This document shows positions 24,230-37,300 of a stretch of 64,000 bases of DNA, piece after piece. Position 1 is the stretch's first letter. Each line of letters starts with the position of its first letter. The notes beneath the pieces are model-generated. The model did no database searches. It was not told the origin of the DNA and worked only from the letters and a program-made list of their open reading frames with translations. The stretch covers positions 37,572,001 through 37,636,000 of the forward strand of contig NW_025963791.1 in the NCBI RefSeq assembly GCF_023055435.1. Direction: 5' to 3'. Source of the DNA: Haliotis rufescens (taxonomy: Eukaryota). The translations under genes and the position numbers were made by a program.

Positions 24230-26990
24230 CGTCTTGAAGTTCATAGGCAAATTAACTGCAAGACACAACAAGCTTAAGGTCATCTGTCAGGCAAAAAAGG
24301 TTCACTGCACATCCAGAATTGCGGGAAGTAAACATAACGCACGCAAAATGCATAGCTTTATCAACAAGCTGCTAGGCAAGAAATCAGACGCTAAAATGCC
24401 ATCAGCGGACGATCATTAGGAGCTCGCCGAATCCTTTAACACCTTCTTTCTTTCTAACATTGAGAGGATTCGATCTGGTTTGAGATCTGCCCCTGATGAG
24501 AGGGATGGTGTTAGTCATACACAATCTTTCCTTGGAGACGTGTTGTCAAAGTTAAGCCCCTTCGGTGAAAATAAAATTCTGGTCATCATTCATGAATTTA
24601 AATCGACAACGTTTGTCTCTGACCCAATCCCGACAGCTTAATTACTTAAATACTTGGACTTGCTCCTATCTGTGATAACCACTATATTTAACACAAGTTT
24701 AAAAAGTTGAACTTTCCCGGATTCTTTCAAACAGAACTTTACTCAAGAAGGACAACCTTGATCCATATGTGCTGCGACATTGCCGGCCTGTATCAAACCT
24801 TCAGTACCATTCCAACTTCTAGAGGGGGCTGTAAATGACTCGGGGACCACCTCTCGAGGAACTCGATTCTGGATAAATTCTAGTCTTCTTATAGGCCAAA
24901 TCACACTAAGGAAACAGTTCTGGAGGTGATCAACTATGTCAGATGTGCAGCAGATGAAGGCAAGATGGCGTCTCTGGTTATACTTAAATTCTCCTCTACA
25001 CTAGATACAATTGTTCGCGATATTTTGCTTGACAGATTGCACATGTGGTTCCAGTCCTCCTTACGGGGAAGAAGTCTGTCAGTCATGATCTAAGACAAAC
25101 GATCCCTGCAGCTCCATCCTACACTATGGTGTCCCTCAAGGATCAATCTCGGGACCAGTGCTGTTCATCATTTATACCACAAGTGTGGCAGACATCATTG
25201 TCAAGTATGACACCACTCAGCATTCATTTGCCAATGACACTCAGCTAACGACACCTTTGACAAAGGAAATCATCTGGAGTCATTCCAACGTACCACAGAC
25301 TGTACAAAATGCATCAAGAATTTGATGTCAAGCATTATGCTGCAGCTCAATGCGGAGAAAACTGAAATCATGGTAGTTGGCAGAGAACACCATCTCAGCC
25401 AATTTGATTACAAGACTTTCACTGTTGAGGATGCACAGATTAAAATGTAAGCTCACGTTGAAGACCTAGGAGTCCATATTGATTCTAAGCTGACCATGAA
25501 ACAACAAGTCAGGCAACTTAGCGGGTACCTAAGTAACTAAGTAGGTACCTTAGTAACTTAGTAGGTACCTCAGTAACTTATTAGGTACCTCAATAACTTA
25601 GAAGGTACCTCAGTAACTTAGAAGGTACCTCAGTAACTTAGTAGGTACCTCAGTAACTTAGTAGGTACCTCAGTAACTTAGTAGGTACCTTAGTAACTTA
25701 GAAGGTACCTTAGTAGCTTAGTAGGTACCTCAGTAACTTAGTAGGTACCTTAGTAACTTAGAAGGTACCTTAGTAACTTAGAAGGTACCTCAGTAACTTA
25801 GTAGGTACCTTAGTAACTTAGAAGGTCCCTCAGTAACTTAGTAGGTACCTTAGTAACTTAGTAGTTACCTTAGTAACTTAGTAGGTACCTTAGTAATTTA
25901 GTAGGTACTTCAGTAACTTAGTAGGTACCTCAGTAACTTAGAAGGTACCTTAGTAACGTAGTAGGTACCTTAGTAACTTAGAAGGTACCTCGGTAACTTA
26001 GTAGTTACCACTAGTAACTTAGTAGGTACCTTAGTAACTTAGTAGTTACCTTAGTAACTTTGAAGGTACCTGAGTAACTTAGTAGGTACCTCAGTAACTT
26101 AGAAGGTACCTCAGTAACTTAGAAGGTACCTCAGTAACTTAGGAGGTACCTCAGGAACTTAGTAGGTACCACTAGTAACTTAGTAGGTACCTTAGTAACG
26201 TAGTAGTTACCTTAGTAACTTTGAAGGTACCTCAGTAACTTAGTAGGTACCTCAGTAACTTAGAAGGTACCTCAGTAACTTAGAAGGTACCTCAGTAACT
26301 TAGTAGGTACCTTAGTAACTTAGTAGGTACCTTAGTAACTTAGTAGGTACCTTAGTAATTTAGTAGGTACTTCAGCAACTTAGTAGGTAACTTAGAAGGT
26401 ACCTTAGTAACGTAGTAGGTACCTTAGTAACTTAGAAGGTACCTCAGTAACTTAGTAGTTACCACTAGTAACTTAGAAGGTACCTTAGTAACTTAGTAGT
26501 TACCTTAGTAACTTTGAAGGTACCTGAGTAACTTAGAAGGTACCTCAGTAACTTAGTAGGTACCTCAGTAACTTAGAAGGTACCTCAGTAACATAGAAGG
26601 TACCTCAGTAACTTAGTAGGTACCTCAGTAACTTAGAAGGTACCTTAGTAACTTAGAAGGTACCTTAGTAACTTAGTAGGTACCTTAGTAACTTAGTAGG
26701 TACCTTAGTAACTTAGTAGTTACCTTAGTAACTTAGTACGTACCTTAGTTACTTAGTAGGTACTTTCGTAGGTAGTAGTACTAACATTTTCGTGCCACTG
26801 GCGGCATCAGGAAGCTGATCACGACAGCTGCAGCACGTGCCCTTGACCAGTCACTAGTGATTTCTCGACTTGATTCCTGTGACATTCCATCTGGTATTAG
26901 TAAGAAATATCTCTCAAAATTAAAAAATATAATCCTAAATACAGCAACACACTTCAAATCAGCTTTGTCACTTGTTGCTCGAAATTGAAA
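24230..26990 (+). mobile_element. Degenerate CR1/L2-type LINE ORF2 (reverse transcriptase), interrupted by a minisatellite
   Basis: Residual motifs RPVSNL (24784), GVPQGSISGPVLFIIY (25128), FANDTQL (25227), LNAEKTEIM, DLGVHIDSKL and, after the array, LVISRLDSC (26854). Many stops and frameshifts. Confidence 0.8.
25515..26780. repeat. 20-bp minisatellite, ~60 units
   Basis: Unit AGTAACTTAG(T/A)AGGTACCT(C/T). Confidence 0.95.
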
Positions 26991-27045
26991 ACACATATTT
27001 TCGTTACCTACTATTCCTGAGTTAAAGTTTCTGTTCTTCGTAATA

Positions 27046-27420
27046 TCTACGTTTTTTCAGCTCTGTGAGCATGTGCCAGTGCATTGAATTGACGCATTAG
27101 AAAAGTGCATTTATTGTACAATATAGTTATCTTGAGGTGACGCCACATGTGGACGACCGGACAGCGGCAAGTCATGAGTGTTTTCCTGCTGTAGATAACG
27201 TCTCCAAAGAGGTGATATTCTGTTTCGATGAAAATTAAAATATCTGGCAACTTCGTTTTGCACCATTCCTGTTTGTAGCATATCTATGTGCACGTGCAAA
27301 TTGTAAATTACGACCTTAAAGTCTAGTAGACTTGTATACACGGAGTCTTTTTATGAAATATAACAATTACATTGTTAAGTAGCCTTGAATGCCTACATTT
27401 TCATCTAATTTCACGACAAT
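27046..27420 (-). mobile_element. Tc1-like transposase N-terminal fragment
   Basis: IDMLQTGMVQNEVARYFNFHRNRISPLWRRY..DLPLSGRP is similar to the N-terminus of the Tc1 at 42509. Confidence 0.65.
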
Positions 27421-29890
27421 AATTAGAGGGAGCCATTTTTCCTTGCAAGTGATTTGCCAGAACATACCTAAATGAAATTTTACGTCAGCTTCAGTGACCT
27501 TTTGAAAAATAATGGGTTGAGTAACTTTCTGTGAAATGTGCTACATGAGGTGAAATTGGGGTTTAACGTCGCGTTCAAATTATAATCTATTGAACAAATC
27601 TGACTACTTATGTTAGTAATCTGAAAGACGTTTGAACGTAATATATTGTCATATGGCAGTGTAATTTATGTTTAAACAACGTTTACATTGTCTTACATTG
27701 TTTCTGTTTAGTTTCAGTAGAAGTTCGTAGCATTGTTTTGAAAATGGTTAGTTGACAGGAATGTAGTGCTATCTAATGTAAGCAGTTCTTTTGGAGTCAA
27801 GTGTAATCTGGTATGTTCTTTAACAGCTAGACTAATCCAGCACTGTATAGAACCTTATACAAAGTATTTAGACCATAAAGGGGGCAGCGGCATGCCTCCC
27901 TTGTCTCACATTACATGAAGACCAGCAGATGTGTGACGATCATTGTTTTCACTCTGGAAATCCAGCCTACGGCTATTTTGGAAGTTTGAGAAAATCTGCT
28001 GCTATGTGAATATTATTATCACTAACATCTGAGCTATTATCGCTGCTATTACATTTTATACTGCCATTGTAGTAGCACTGGCATTAAATATTGTTCTGCC
28101 ACTATTGTAAACTGCAACTGTGATTGGTGTTAATGATTTGTAAACCTAGTTAATTATAAAATACGATTGTTAATTGTATAACATTTCTTTGTTGTTGGTT
28201 GGTTTCACACTGAATTCTTTTTCGCACAGATTTCTTATTATCTTATTCTTACAGTCGAATGGTAACAATATGTATAATGTATTGGGTCAATACCTTTTAA
28301 AAACACTAATAGGATTATCAATCAGCATATTTTCGCATGAAGGTGTATTGATATCAGAAACGATCTGTATAAGAATTCTACCTTTGAGTGAAATGAGTTG
28401 TATCCACAATGGTCTATCCCCATCAAAGAAATAAAGTAACTACAAGTGACGAAACTCATTCCATATTCATAATACTACCTACGATTGTACGATTCACACG
28501 ATATCATGATCATAAATCGCGATCAAATAGTGAACCGTAATACCATTCAACCAAATCACCTGGTCCAGACTCGATTTTTTACAGACCGCCGTCATATAGC
28601 TGGAATATTGCTGAGTGCGGCGTTAAACAACAAACCAACCAACCAACCAACCTAATCGCCGAGTCCGAAAGTCCGATCCATTAAGTCACCTCTTACCAAA
28701 GTTGCTCCTTGGGACCAAGTTTAACCAGGTAAATCAAGAGGTGTCCTCTGTACAGGTATGTACATGTTTAAATTACCGGCCCCTTTTCACCATGAAGATC
28801 CGGGTTAGAATTTGTTTTCAGCAACCCATGCTTGTTGTAAAAGGCGACCAACGAGATCGGGTGGTCAGGCTCGCTGACTTGGTTGATGCATGTCATGCTC
28901 AATCACTGTTATGAAATCAATCTTTGCTGGAAATGTTGTTTTTTTCAAGGCCGGCCCACACCCAAGTGGCACTGCTCAGGACGTCGTCATAAAACATATG
29001 TCGTCAATGTTTTTAGCAACCGAGTCTGACGCAACCCGTGGACATTCGAGTTTGGCGATCAATTAAAAAGTGATTTTGTGCTACTGGCTGTACTTTCACG
29101 ACGGGGATACTATCACGGATTCAGGATCTACCATTTCTATTTGTGTTCTCCAATGGAGATGTCATCCTTTATAGGTTTTACGGCCACCTCTGAACTGCTC
29201 ATTTTCGTGGTCTGAGTGTTTTCTGTTAAGTTAAAATTTCAAAAGCCAGCGTTTTAAGAAAACTTTGTGTTTTGTGTACAGTTAAAATAAAACACAAAGT
29301 GTTCTTAAAACAGATGATTAAAATAATGAATGTTGGGTTTGTTTCGATACAGACGTGATAGGTACACTTTCCTGTAGTAATTGGAATGGGTACAATGTGA
29401 GAGAGCATGGAATTCATTCGCCATTCCGTTCCTGTGGGTGGATTCCTGTGTGAAAGAGCACTTTCAGTTTAAATTGATTGTGCAGATTTTTTTAACGTCA
29501 TGTCAGTCAAACTTGATTCTAAAAGAAGGTATGAGGGCGAATGGGTCAAAGCAGAGTGGAGATATATGGGATATTTCACGTGTCGAGTGAAATATCATGT
29601 TTCCAGTCACCACCCGTGGTTAACGTCTAGGATATGCATAGCTTTGGGCTTTCATCTCACTAAGTAACTCGCTGTTACTTAGTTTGCTGTTATCTTGTTC
29701 AAGACATTGTTCATTGTTCCAAGTACAGAATCCATAATAAAACATCAACACCAGAGAATAGCCAGTTTTAATAAAACAACGACGAAACAAGATTCCAACA
29801 AGATTTGATGACAGCCGAAACGTGCAATGAGGGTAAATAAATGATACATACGACATGTCAGACACTCACGCTGGAAAGAACCACCACACA

Positions 29891-30512
29891 AATGCCACGA
29901 CTGACACCCGAACAACGCGAACGGGCCCTGGGTATGATACAGATGGGACCTACCCAGGAGGTGACACCACTGGTCATCACTAACGGAAGTTTGACAGCTC
30001 AGCGTTACAAGGATGACAATCTTCGTACGATTGCCCTACCATTTCTACAATAGCTGCCACGTGACAAGCATTGACAAACATGACAACACCTGACTCCATA
30101 CACCCCGATCGTACAGAACGTCCTTACATCCAACAACGTCAACGTGTTGCCGTGGCCTGCAGCTCCCCAGACATGTCCCCCGTAGAACACCCCTGGCATG
30201 TCATGAATCGTTGTTTCCACATCCTCCAGTTATTTAGCCAACCAACGTATCCCACGTCAAGTCATCAGACGACTGACTTTTTCTGTGCGCCGGAGAGTTT
30301 TGACGTGTCTTGTAGCAGGGAGTGGTCATACACGCTATTAATGCGATGTGTCATTAAACTTGGGCGATATTTGGATGTGTGTGCCCTTTGTCCATTACGT
30401 TGAAAACTTGTTTTTGCTATCCCATCTCAATTCGGACATCTTTTATTTTTTTTAATCTGGAGTAATTTAAAGCTATGGTAAAGTATGTTTTGGTCGTCCG
30501 ATTAGTTTACAT
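29891..30512 (+). mobile_element. Internally deleted Tc1-like relic (same family as 18565)
   Basis: MPRLTPEQRERALGMIQMG, TPLVITNGSLTAQRY and SPDMSPVEH remnants. The mirror copy lies at 35078-35801. Confidence 0.75.
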
Positions 30513-30541
30513 GTGTTTCACTCAGCAGTTTTACAGCTCTA

Positions 30542-30850
30542 TGGTGAGGTGAAATGGGCTTTAACGTCTCGTTCAAGATTGTTGCACCAATATAGTGATG
30601 TGCATGTACGTATGTGTGTGGCTCCTTGTACTAGTCCGGACAAACGCCGATTTAAAAGTGCTATACAGGAATACCCCACTCAGACACAGTATATTGACTC
30701 CGAGCTGACCAGTCATTGCCCCTGCATGCCGTGCGCCAGGCAGGGTAACAGCAAATACCATTTTAACGTCTTTTGGTATGACGAGGCCGGGGATCGAACC
30801 CACGACCTTCCACTCTCCTGGCAGACGTTCTATCCACTAAACCATGGAGG
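30542..30850 (-). mobile_element. tRNA-derived SINE, family D
   Basis: Minus strand reads GGTTTAGTGG..GGGTTCGATCCCCGG..GTCATACCAAAAGACGTTAAAATGGTA. Mirror copy at 34742-35049. Confidence 0.75.
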
Positions 30851-31378
30851 TGGTATCAGCGACATAGACCCCCAGGATTAGATATTATACTGCTATTGAC
30901 TTACAATAATGTGCAAGCCCAGAGTTCAGAAATCAGCGCTTTGGTCATAAATCCAGTAAACATGTAGTTCTAAAATCTTTAAAAATTGTAAATGATCTTA
31001 TTTTACTCTTCTAAAATTCAACTTTTCAAAGTTTTTGACGTCATGCTAAGTTCTATTAGAATATCTCCAATACCTTTAAAATGTCCTGTTATCTTGCTGA
31101 CATATATAGACATTCAAGCCAATATTTCAGATACTACATGTAGCTCTGTCAATTAATCTAAGAATAATAATACCCTCTTTTTGACAAATGACACAAAACA
31201 ACTCAGCAATGATTTCGTATACATTTGTGGTTTGATTACAATTATAATATTCCTTTTGTCACCACAGTCCTCGATCATTTGATACACATTTGTTTGAATA
31301 TATACTCGTATTTGACATGTAGACACACTTGGGGACGAAAACGACCTTCCTCATGTTGTAGACGGTGATGCTCCTATG

Positions 31379-33398
31379 TTAAACAACATTAGATTCAATG
31401 TCTGTCTTAATGGTACACACAAACCATTCAATAAATTCTTTTCCAAGGCTATTTACCATATCCGTATCTCCCTGAAGCTCCTTAATAGCCTCTGACAGAG
31501 TACATGGAAGGGCACAAGAAGATGATTGATCTACAGGCGGACATTCCAGCTTCTTTACAATCCCATCAAGACCTGCAGCTATGGTTGCCGCCAGAGTGAT
31601 GTAGGGGTTGCTCATTCCACTGGGAATGCGATTTTCCAGATATGTTCCAGTTTCCAAAGACTTGACTTTGAAGCAAGCAGCGCCTATATCATTGCTCCAG
31701 AAGATAAGCCCAGGACGATCCGGTTCGTGCAAGCGATCGTAACAGTTGGCAGTTGGGCACCAGAGGGCAGTCAGAGCTTTGGCATGTTTCATCAGTCCCC
31801 CCAACCAGTGTTTCCCCAAAGTACTAAGACCATGTAGTCCATCGGGATTGTGGAAAATATTGATGCCCTTGGAAAGAGACCATAGAGAATGGTTGAAGTG
31901 CATACCAACTGTTCCGCTTTCTTGCTTGGCGTCGAAACTGATTCTATAATCTTTCTTATCCCCCATTTCTAGAATTCCATTCTTTAGGACAACACAAGAA
32001 TCAGCACTTTTGATACCATCATATGGCCTTTTTACCATTTCTATAGAACTTCCCGCATATTCAGAATGAAAAGAATCTATATCAACCCCTGCTTGGGACA
32101 TATGCTTATCAAAGTAAAAGAGGAAGTCGCTGTGCTTGCTGACGAACCTTTGACTCCCGTAGCCTTTTTGCAGAGATAATGTATTTTCAACTTTTGTCAG
32201 TGTAAACTCAAGTTCGAATCCAGAAAAAAAACTATATCCACTACTGGCCAACCTTTCTAGTTGCTGTCTAGCAACGTATCGAGGACATGCTTGCTGTGCC
32301 GATCCGTCCTTTAACCAGTAGCTCTCGCAGATAACCTCAGCTACCAAGACATCATCTTTTCCAGACCAGGACACATTATACAATGTGTTGAGGTCAGGGT
32401 GTGCATAGACCTTCGGCTGCCTTCCATCCTTGAGCAAAGGTGATGGAATGATTGTATCTTCATTGTTGAGGTCGAAGGATAAGGCACCTGAAAGAAGTAG
32501 CTTGCGATAAAAACACGTCTTGAGCATGGTCAAAACAAGGTCAAAAGAGAACATATATATTTAGCCCCACTACTCACTACACATACCAAATGTCATGGCA
32601 TTTTGAACAAGAAAGACTGAGTAATGGACATTAGCATATTTTTAAATGTGGGTGGCGTGGCGGCAAACGACCTGAAAAACGTAAATGAACTGAAAGGTCT
32701 ACATGTATTTAGATGCCACTATATTGTTGTGGACATTTAATACACCCTGTCGCTTCTGAACGCCATGACTTCTAAACCCAGAATGGAGCACCATCCAAGG
32801 TATATGTGTGCTCTCTGCTGGCTTCCTTGTTAAATAAAAAATATCGAATGGAGGTGGTAAAGAAAAGAAGTCGAATGTTTTTGAAAATCTGAAATCTGAT
32901 TATCTAAAAAACCGCATCCTTTATTTAGAAATCAAAGTTCTCCCAGGGTTCATCTGACACGATCTTCTATGGAGGTATCATCAGATCTCCACACTGTGAG
33001 ATGAGCGTAAAGATCTAATTTTAATGAGATTGCACATTCATCCCTTTATGATAAATGCAAAATGTCATCCATGTACAAGTGGTTGAAGCAAAACGAACAG
33101 AACCCAAACCTTTGTGGCGGGCAATAATATGTGGCGGTAGATCTTGCAATTCCTTAATTCTCGATAATACGTCATTTGATCTCATTATCGATCATAATAC
33201 TGGCATTTTGTAAATATTTTGATATATATACTTCCATATACTACTGTAATAATTAGTGGTTTTACCTGCGAAAAGTGTGACCCCCTTCTTCAAATATCGC
33301 TTCACGTGTCTTGCGGGAACAACTCTTCCTCTTGATCTTCCGTGCATATCAGCAACAGAGAAGCGGACATAGTCGTACTTGTTGATGTGATCAGACAT
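31379..33398 (-). CDS. Glutamine synthetase type I family / lengsin-like protein, 2 exons, 413 aa (GSL-1)
   Basis: Exon 1 is 33398-33266 (YVRFSVADMHGRSRGRVVP) and exon 2 is 32487-31379, joined by a phase-1 GT-AG intron. Motifs CPR, GFELEF, HSE, GMHFNHSLW and ENRIPSGMSNPY. Confidence 0.88.
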
Positions 33399-33684
33399 TC
33401 TGACTCAATGATGATTGTTGAAGAATCTCATTGCTATCAGGTGGCCCAATCACTTGTCATTTACAGCTGGGAAATTCTTTTATAATGTGTCATATAGGAG
33501 TAAATGAATGCCATTGTAACACAGCTGGACTGTTATTGACTTCGCTAATATCAGCGCAAAAGCCCCGTTAACCAATAAGCGAATGCACAAATATTCATTT
33601 TATTGAAATTAATACTGAACAAATGATTTTGAAGGCAATAATCCCTCTTCCATTCTTTTCTGATTATGCATCTCGTATCAAAAT

Positions 33685-34350
33685 ATACACAATGTAAAAA
33701 AGTTAAGCACACCCCTATTTCTGAACCATGACAAATGGTAAAAATCCTGGCATTGGATGACTAACCACAGGAGCTGGGCGATACCAATGTCATCGAATAG
33801 AACAAACATTTGACAACAAACAAAGAAGATATTGGTGAGTTGTGATTGAAATTTACTGACAAAAACATCATGGTAACACAGGTACTATTTTTGACCTTAG
33901 ACAACCACTCCTGATGCAATGCTGCTTCCAATTGGCGTAAATCGTGTACAGGAGGATCTCGTGCCTGTATGCGCCGCCCCAGAATATACCAAATATGTTC
34001 AAGGGGGTTCAAATCTGGGCTCATTGCTGGCATACAGGCACAAGATCCTCCTGTACACGATTTACGCCAATTGGAAGCAGCATTGCATCAGGAGTGGTTG
34101 TTGTTGATCCATCAACACATCCAACGTCTGACTGGAGGCATGAGACGTAGGGTGTAATGTGTCATCCGGGCACGTGGCGGTTATACCCGCTAGTGATCTA
34201 TTTCACCTGTCATGTAGAGACTTTAAGGAACATTTTCAGATGAAACATCAAACGTAGCTCGTTTACTTAATCCTGCAGCTCCATACTTTTTTGAGGTATT
34301 GTCTAAGGTCAAAAACAGCACCTGTGTTACCATGATGTTTTTGTCAGTAG
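33685..34350. mobile_element. Tc1-like 3' fragment with fold-back inversion
   Basis: The minus strand encodes PAMSPDLNPLEHIW..LRQLEAALHQEW. The same segment recurs on the plus strand at 34030-34192, ending ..RARGGYTR. Confidence 0.8.
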
Positions 34351-34356
34351 CTACGG

Positions 34357-37300
34357 GAAAAGGAATATTATAATTGTAATCAAACAACAAATGTATACGA
34401 AATCATTGCTGAGTGGTTTCGTGTCATTTGTCAAAAAGAGGGTATCATTATTCTTAGAATTATTGACAGAGATAGTATCTGAAATATTGGCTGGCATGTC
34501 TATATATGTCAGGACGATATCAGGACATTTTAAAGGTATTGGAGAAATTCTAAAAGAACTTAGAATGACGTAAAAAACTTTAAAAAGTTGAATTTTAGAA
34601 GAGTAAAATAAGATCATTTTAGAACTACATGTTTCCTGGATTTATGACTAAAGGGCCGATTTCTGAACTTAGGGCTAGCATATTATCGTACGTCAATAGC
34701 AGGATAATATCTAATCCTGGTGGTCTATGTCGCTGGTACCTCCTCCATGGTTTAGTGGATAGAACGTCTGCCAGGAGAGTGGAATGTCGTGGGTTCGATC
34801 CCCGGCCTCGTCATACCAAAAGACGTTAAAATGGTATTTGCTGTTACCCTGCCTGGCGCACGGCATGCAGGGGCAATGACTGGTCAGCTCGGAGTCAATA
34901 TACTGTGTCTGAGTGGGGTATTCCTGTATAGCACTTTTAAATCGGCGTTTGTCCGGACTAGTACAAGGAGCCACACACATACGTACATGCACATCACTAT
35001 ATTGGTGCAACAATCTTGAACGAGACGTTAAAGCCCATTTCACCTCACCATAGAGCTGTAAAACTGCTGAGTGAAACACATGTAAACTAATCGGACGACC
35101 AAAACATACTTTACCATAGCTTTAAATTACTCCAGATTAAAAAAAATAAAAGATAGAAGCATGACTGTTGTCCGAATTGAGATGGGATAGCAAAAACAAG
35201 TTTTCAACGTGATGGACAAAGGGCACACACATCCAAATATCGCCCAAGTTTAATGACACATCGCATTAATAGCGTGTATGACCACTCCCTGCTACAAGAC
35301 ACCTCAAAACTCTCCGGTGCACAGAAAAAGTCAGTCGTCTGATGACTTGACGTGGGATACGTCGGTTGACGTTGTTGGATGTCAGGACGTTCTGTACGAT
35401 CGGGCTGTATGGAGTCAGGTGTTGTCATGTTTGTCAATGCTTGTCACGTGGCAGCTATTGTAGAAATGGTAGGGCAATCGTACGAAGATTGTCATCCTTG
35501 TAACGCTGAGCTGTCAAACTTCCGTTAATGATGACCAGTGGTGTCACCTCCTGCCCACAAATTCCTCCCCACACCATAACACCCCATCCACCATACGGCA
35601 CGACCTCCTGAACGCAACATGCCGCCGTTTGCTCTCCCCTTCGGCGGCGGTATACACGTCTGCCCTGTCTGTCTGTAACGTTGCATCAGTTTAGCTACAG
35701 CAGAAACAACAAAATGTTCTAGCATTGTGGGCATGGTGGGTAGGTCCCATCTGTATCATACCCAGGGCCGGTTGGCGTTGTTCGGGTGTCAGTCGTGGCA
35801 TTTGTGTGGTGGTTCTTTCCAGCGTGAGTGTCTGACATGTCGTATCTATCATTTATTTACCCTTATTGCACTACACCTTATGGCACTGGCTGTCTTCAAA
35901 TCTTGTTGGAATCTTGTTTCGTCGTTGTTTTAATGAAACTGGCTATTCTCTGGTAACAAATGTTATATTTGGGATAACACTTTCTTATTAAGTACATATT
36001 CTCGTACTTTTTGGGGGGTTGAGTCCCGTCCCTAATGACATCCCAAATATAACATTTGTTACTTTGACCACTTTCTTAATGGCATTGTGTATTCATATTC
36101 TCTGGTGTTGATATTTTATTTTGGATTCTGTACTTGGAACAATGCACAATGTCTTGAACAAGATAACAGCAAAGCTAAGTAACAGCGAGTTATTTAGTGA
36201 GATGAAAGCCCAAAGCTATGCATATCCTAAACGTTAACCACGGGTGCTGACTGGAAAGTCATATTTTCTGTTTCCCGCTGATATCGTACTTTGTTGGCTT
36301 ATAATAAACCATTACAGGTAAACATAGTTTACCAGTCTGATGTAATGTACGGATTGCAGCCTCTATTTTAGTTGCTGTCCCTGACGGAATCTCCCTTGCA
36401 CACTGATTTGGTTCAACGACCACGATGCTTATTAGAACCACGCTAACATACTAGAAATGGAAAACGTAGGCGAAACTTAATACTACCCACGAGGTATGCA
36501 CACAATAATGGCGGTACCAGGTGTTACTGGTCATGTCTCATAACTTGTAAAACAATCTCAACATCATACCTGACATTGAATAAATCACATTATCAGTATT
36601 AATACACCCTCCATTATCAAGTGTATTACACACTTCAGTGTCTATCCCTCACATAAACTGTTGATTGCCTTTTCACATTAGTTCCACATTGACAAGGCAA
36701 AATTACGACAGATGGTCATTTATGGGGTAATATCGCTTCTTGACGCTTGTTATTCTCTTGAAAATGTTTTGATATTAGGTGAAAATGTCTCTTTTTATAT
36801 TTGTAATAAACAAAATTAATTTTCCGGCTGACACCTACACAACAGGTATATAATATATTAGAAATTCTATGTGTCGTGTAAAATAACATGTTTCTCTCAT
36901 CGAGTGACGGGGGAAAGGAGATATTTTCACGACATATGAAATAGCCTCAATATCTCCACTCTGCTATGACCCATTCGCCCCCATACCTTCATTTAGAGTC
37001 AAGATTGACTGACATGACGCTAAAATAATCTGCACAATCAAATTAAACTGAAAGTGCTCTTTCATGATTGACATCAGCCGCGATATCATCAGTACTCGAG
37101 CAACCTTGTTGCAGGACGCGTCTAAGACAACTGGAAACACCTTCACAGGAACCCACCAACATGAACGGAATGGCGAATGAATTCCATGCTCTCTCACATT
37201 GTACCCATTCCAATTACAACAGGAAAGTGTACCTATCACGTCTGTATCGAAACAAACCAACCTTTTATTATTTTAATCATCTGTTTTAAGAACGCTTTGT

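Larger units (their letters stand above)
28745..31257. repeat. Left arm of large inverted duplication 1
   Basis: Reverse complement of 34357-37850. For example, ORF 30513-30881(+) matches ORF 34711-35079(-), and 29226-29417(-) matches 37177-37368(+). Confidence 0.9.

Noticed and set aside
30513-30881. 122-aa ORF duplicated at 34711-35079
   Set aside because: Antisense reading of a SINE. The identity comes from the inverted duplication, not from coding constraint.
31379-32487. Recent bacterial horizontal transfer of glnA
   Set aside because: The gene has a spliceosomal intron shared by all three copies, and GS-I / lengsin-like genes are already known in animals.
32488-32554. ATG at 32554 as the start of GSL-1 (and TTG at 59257 for GSL-2)
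   Set aside because: Both genes have an upstream exon encoding the conserved GS N-terminus and a phase-compatible acceptor.
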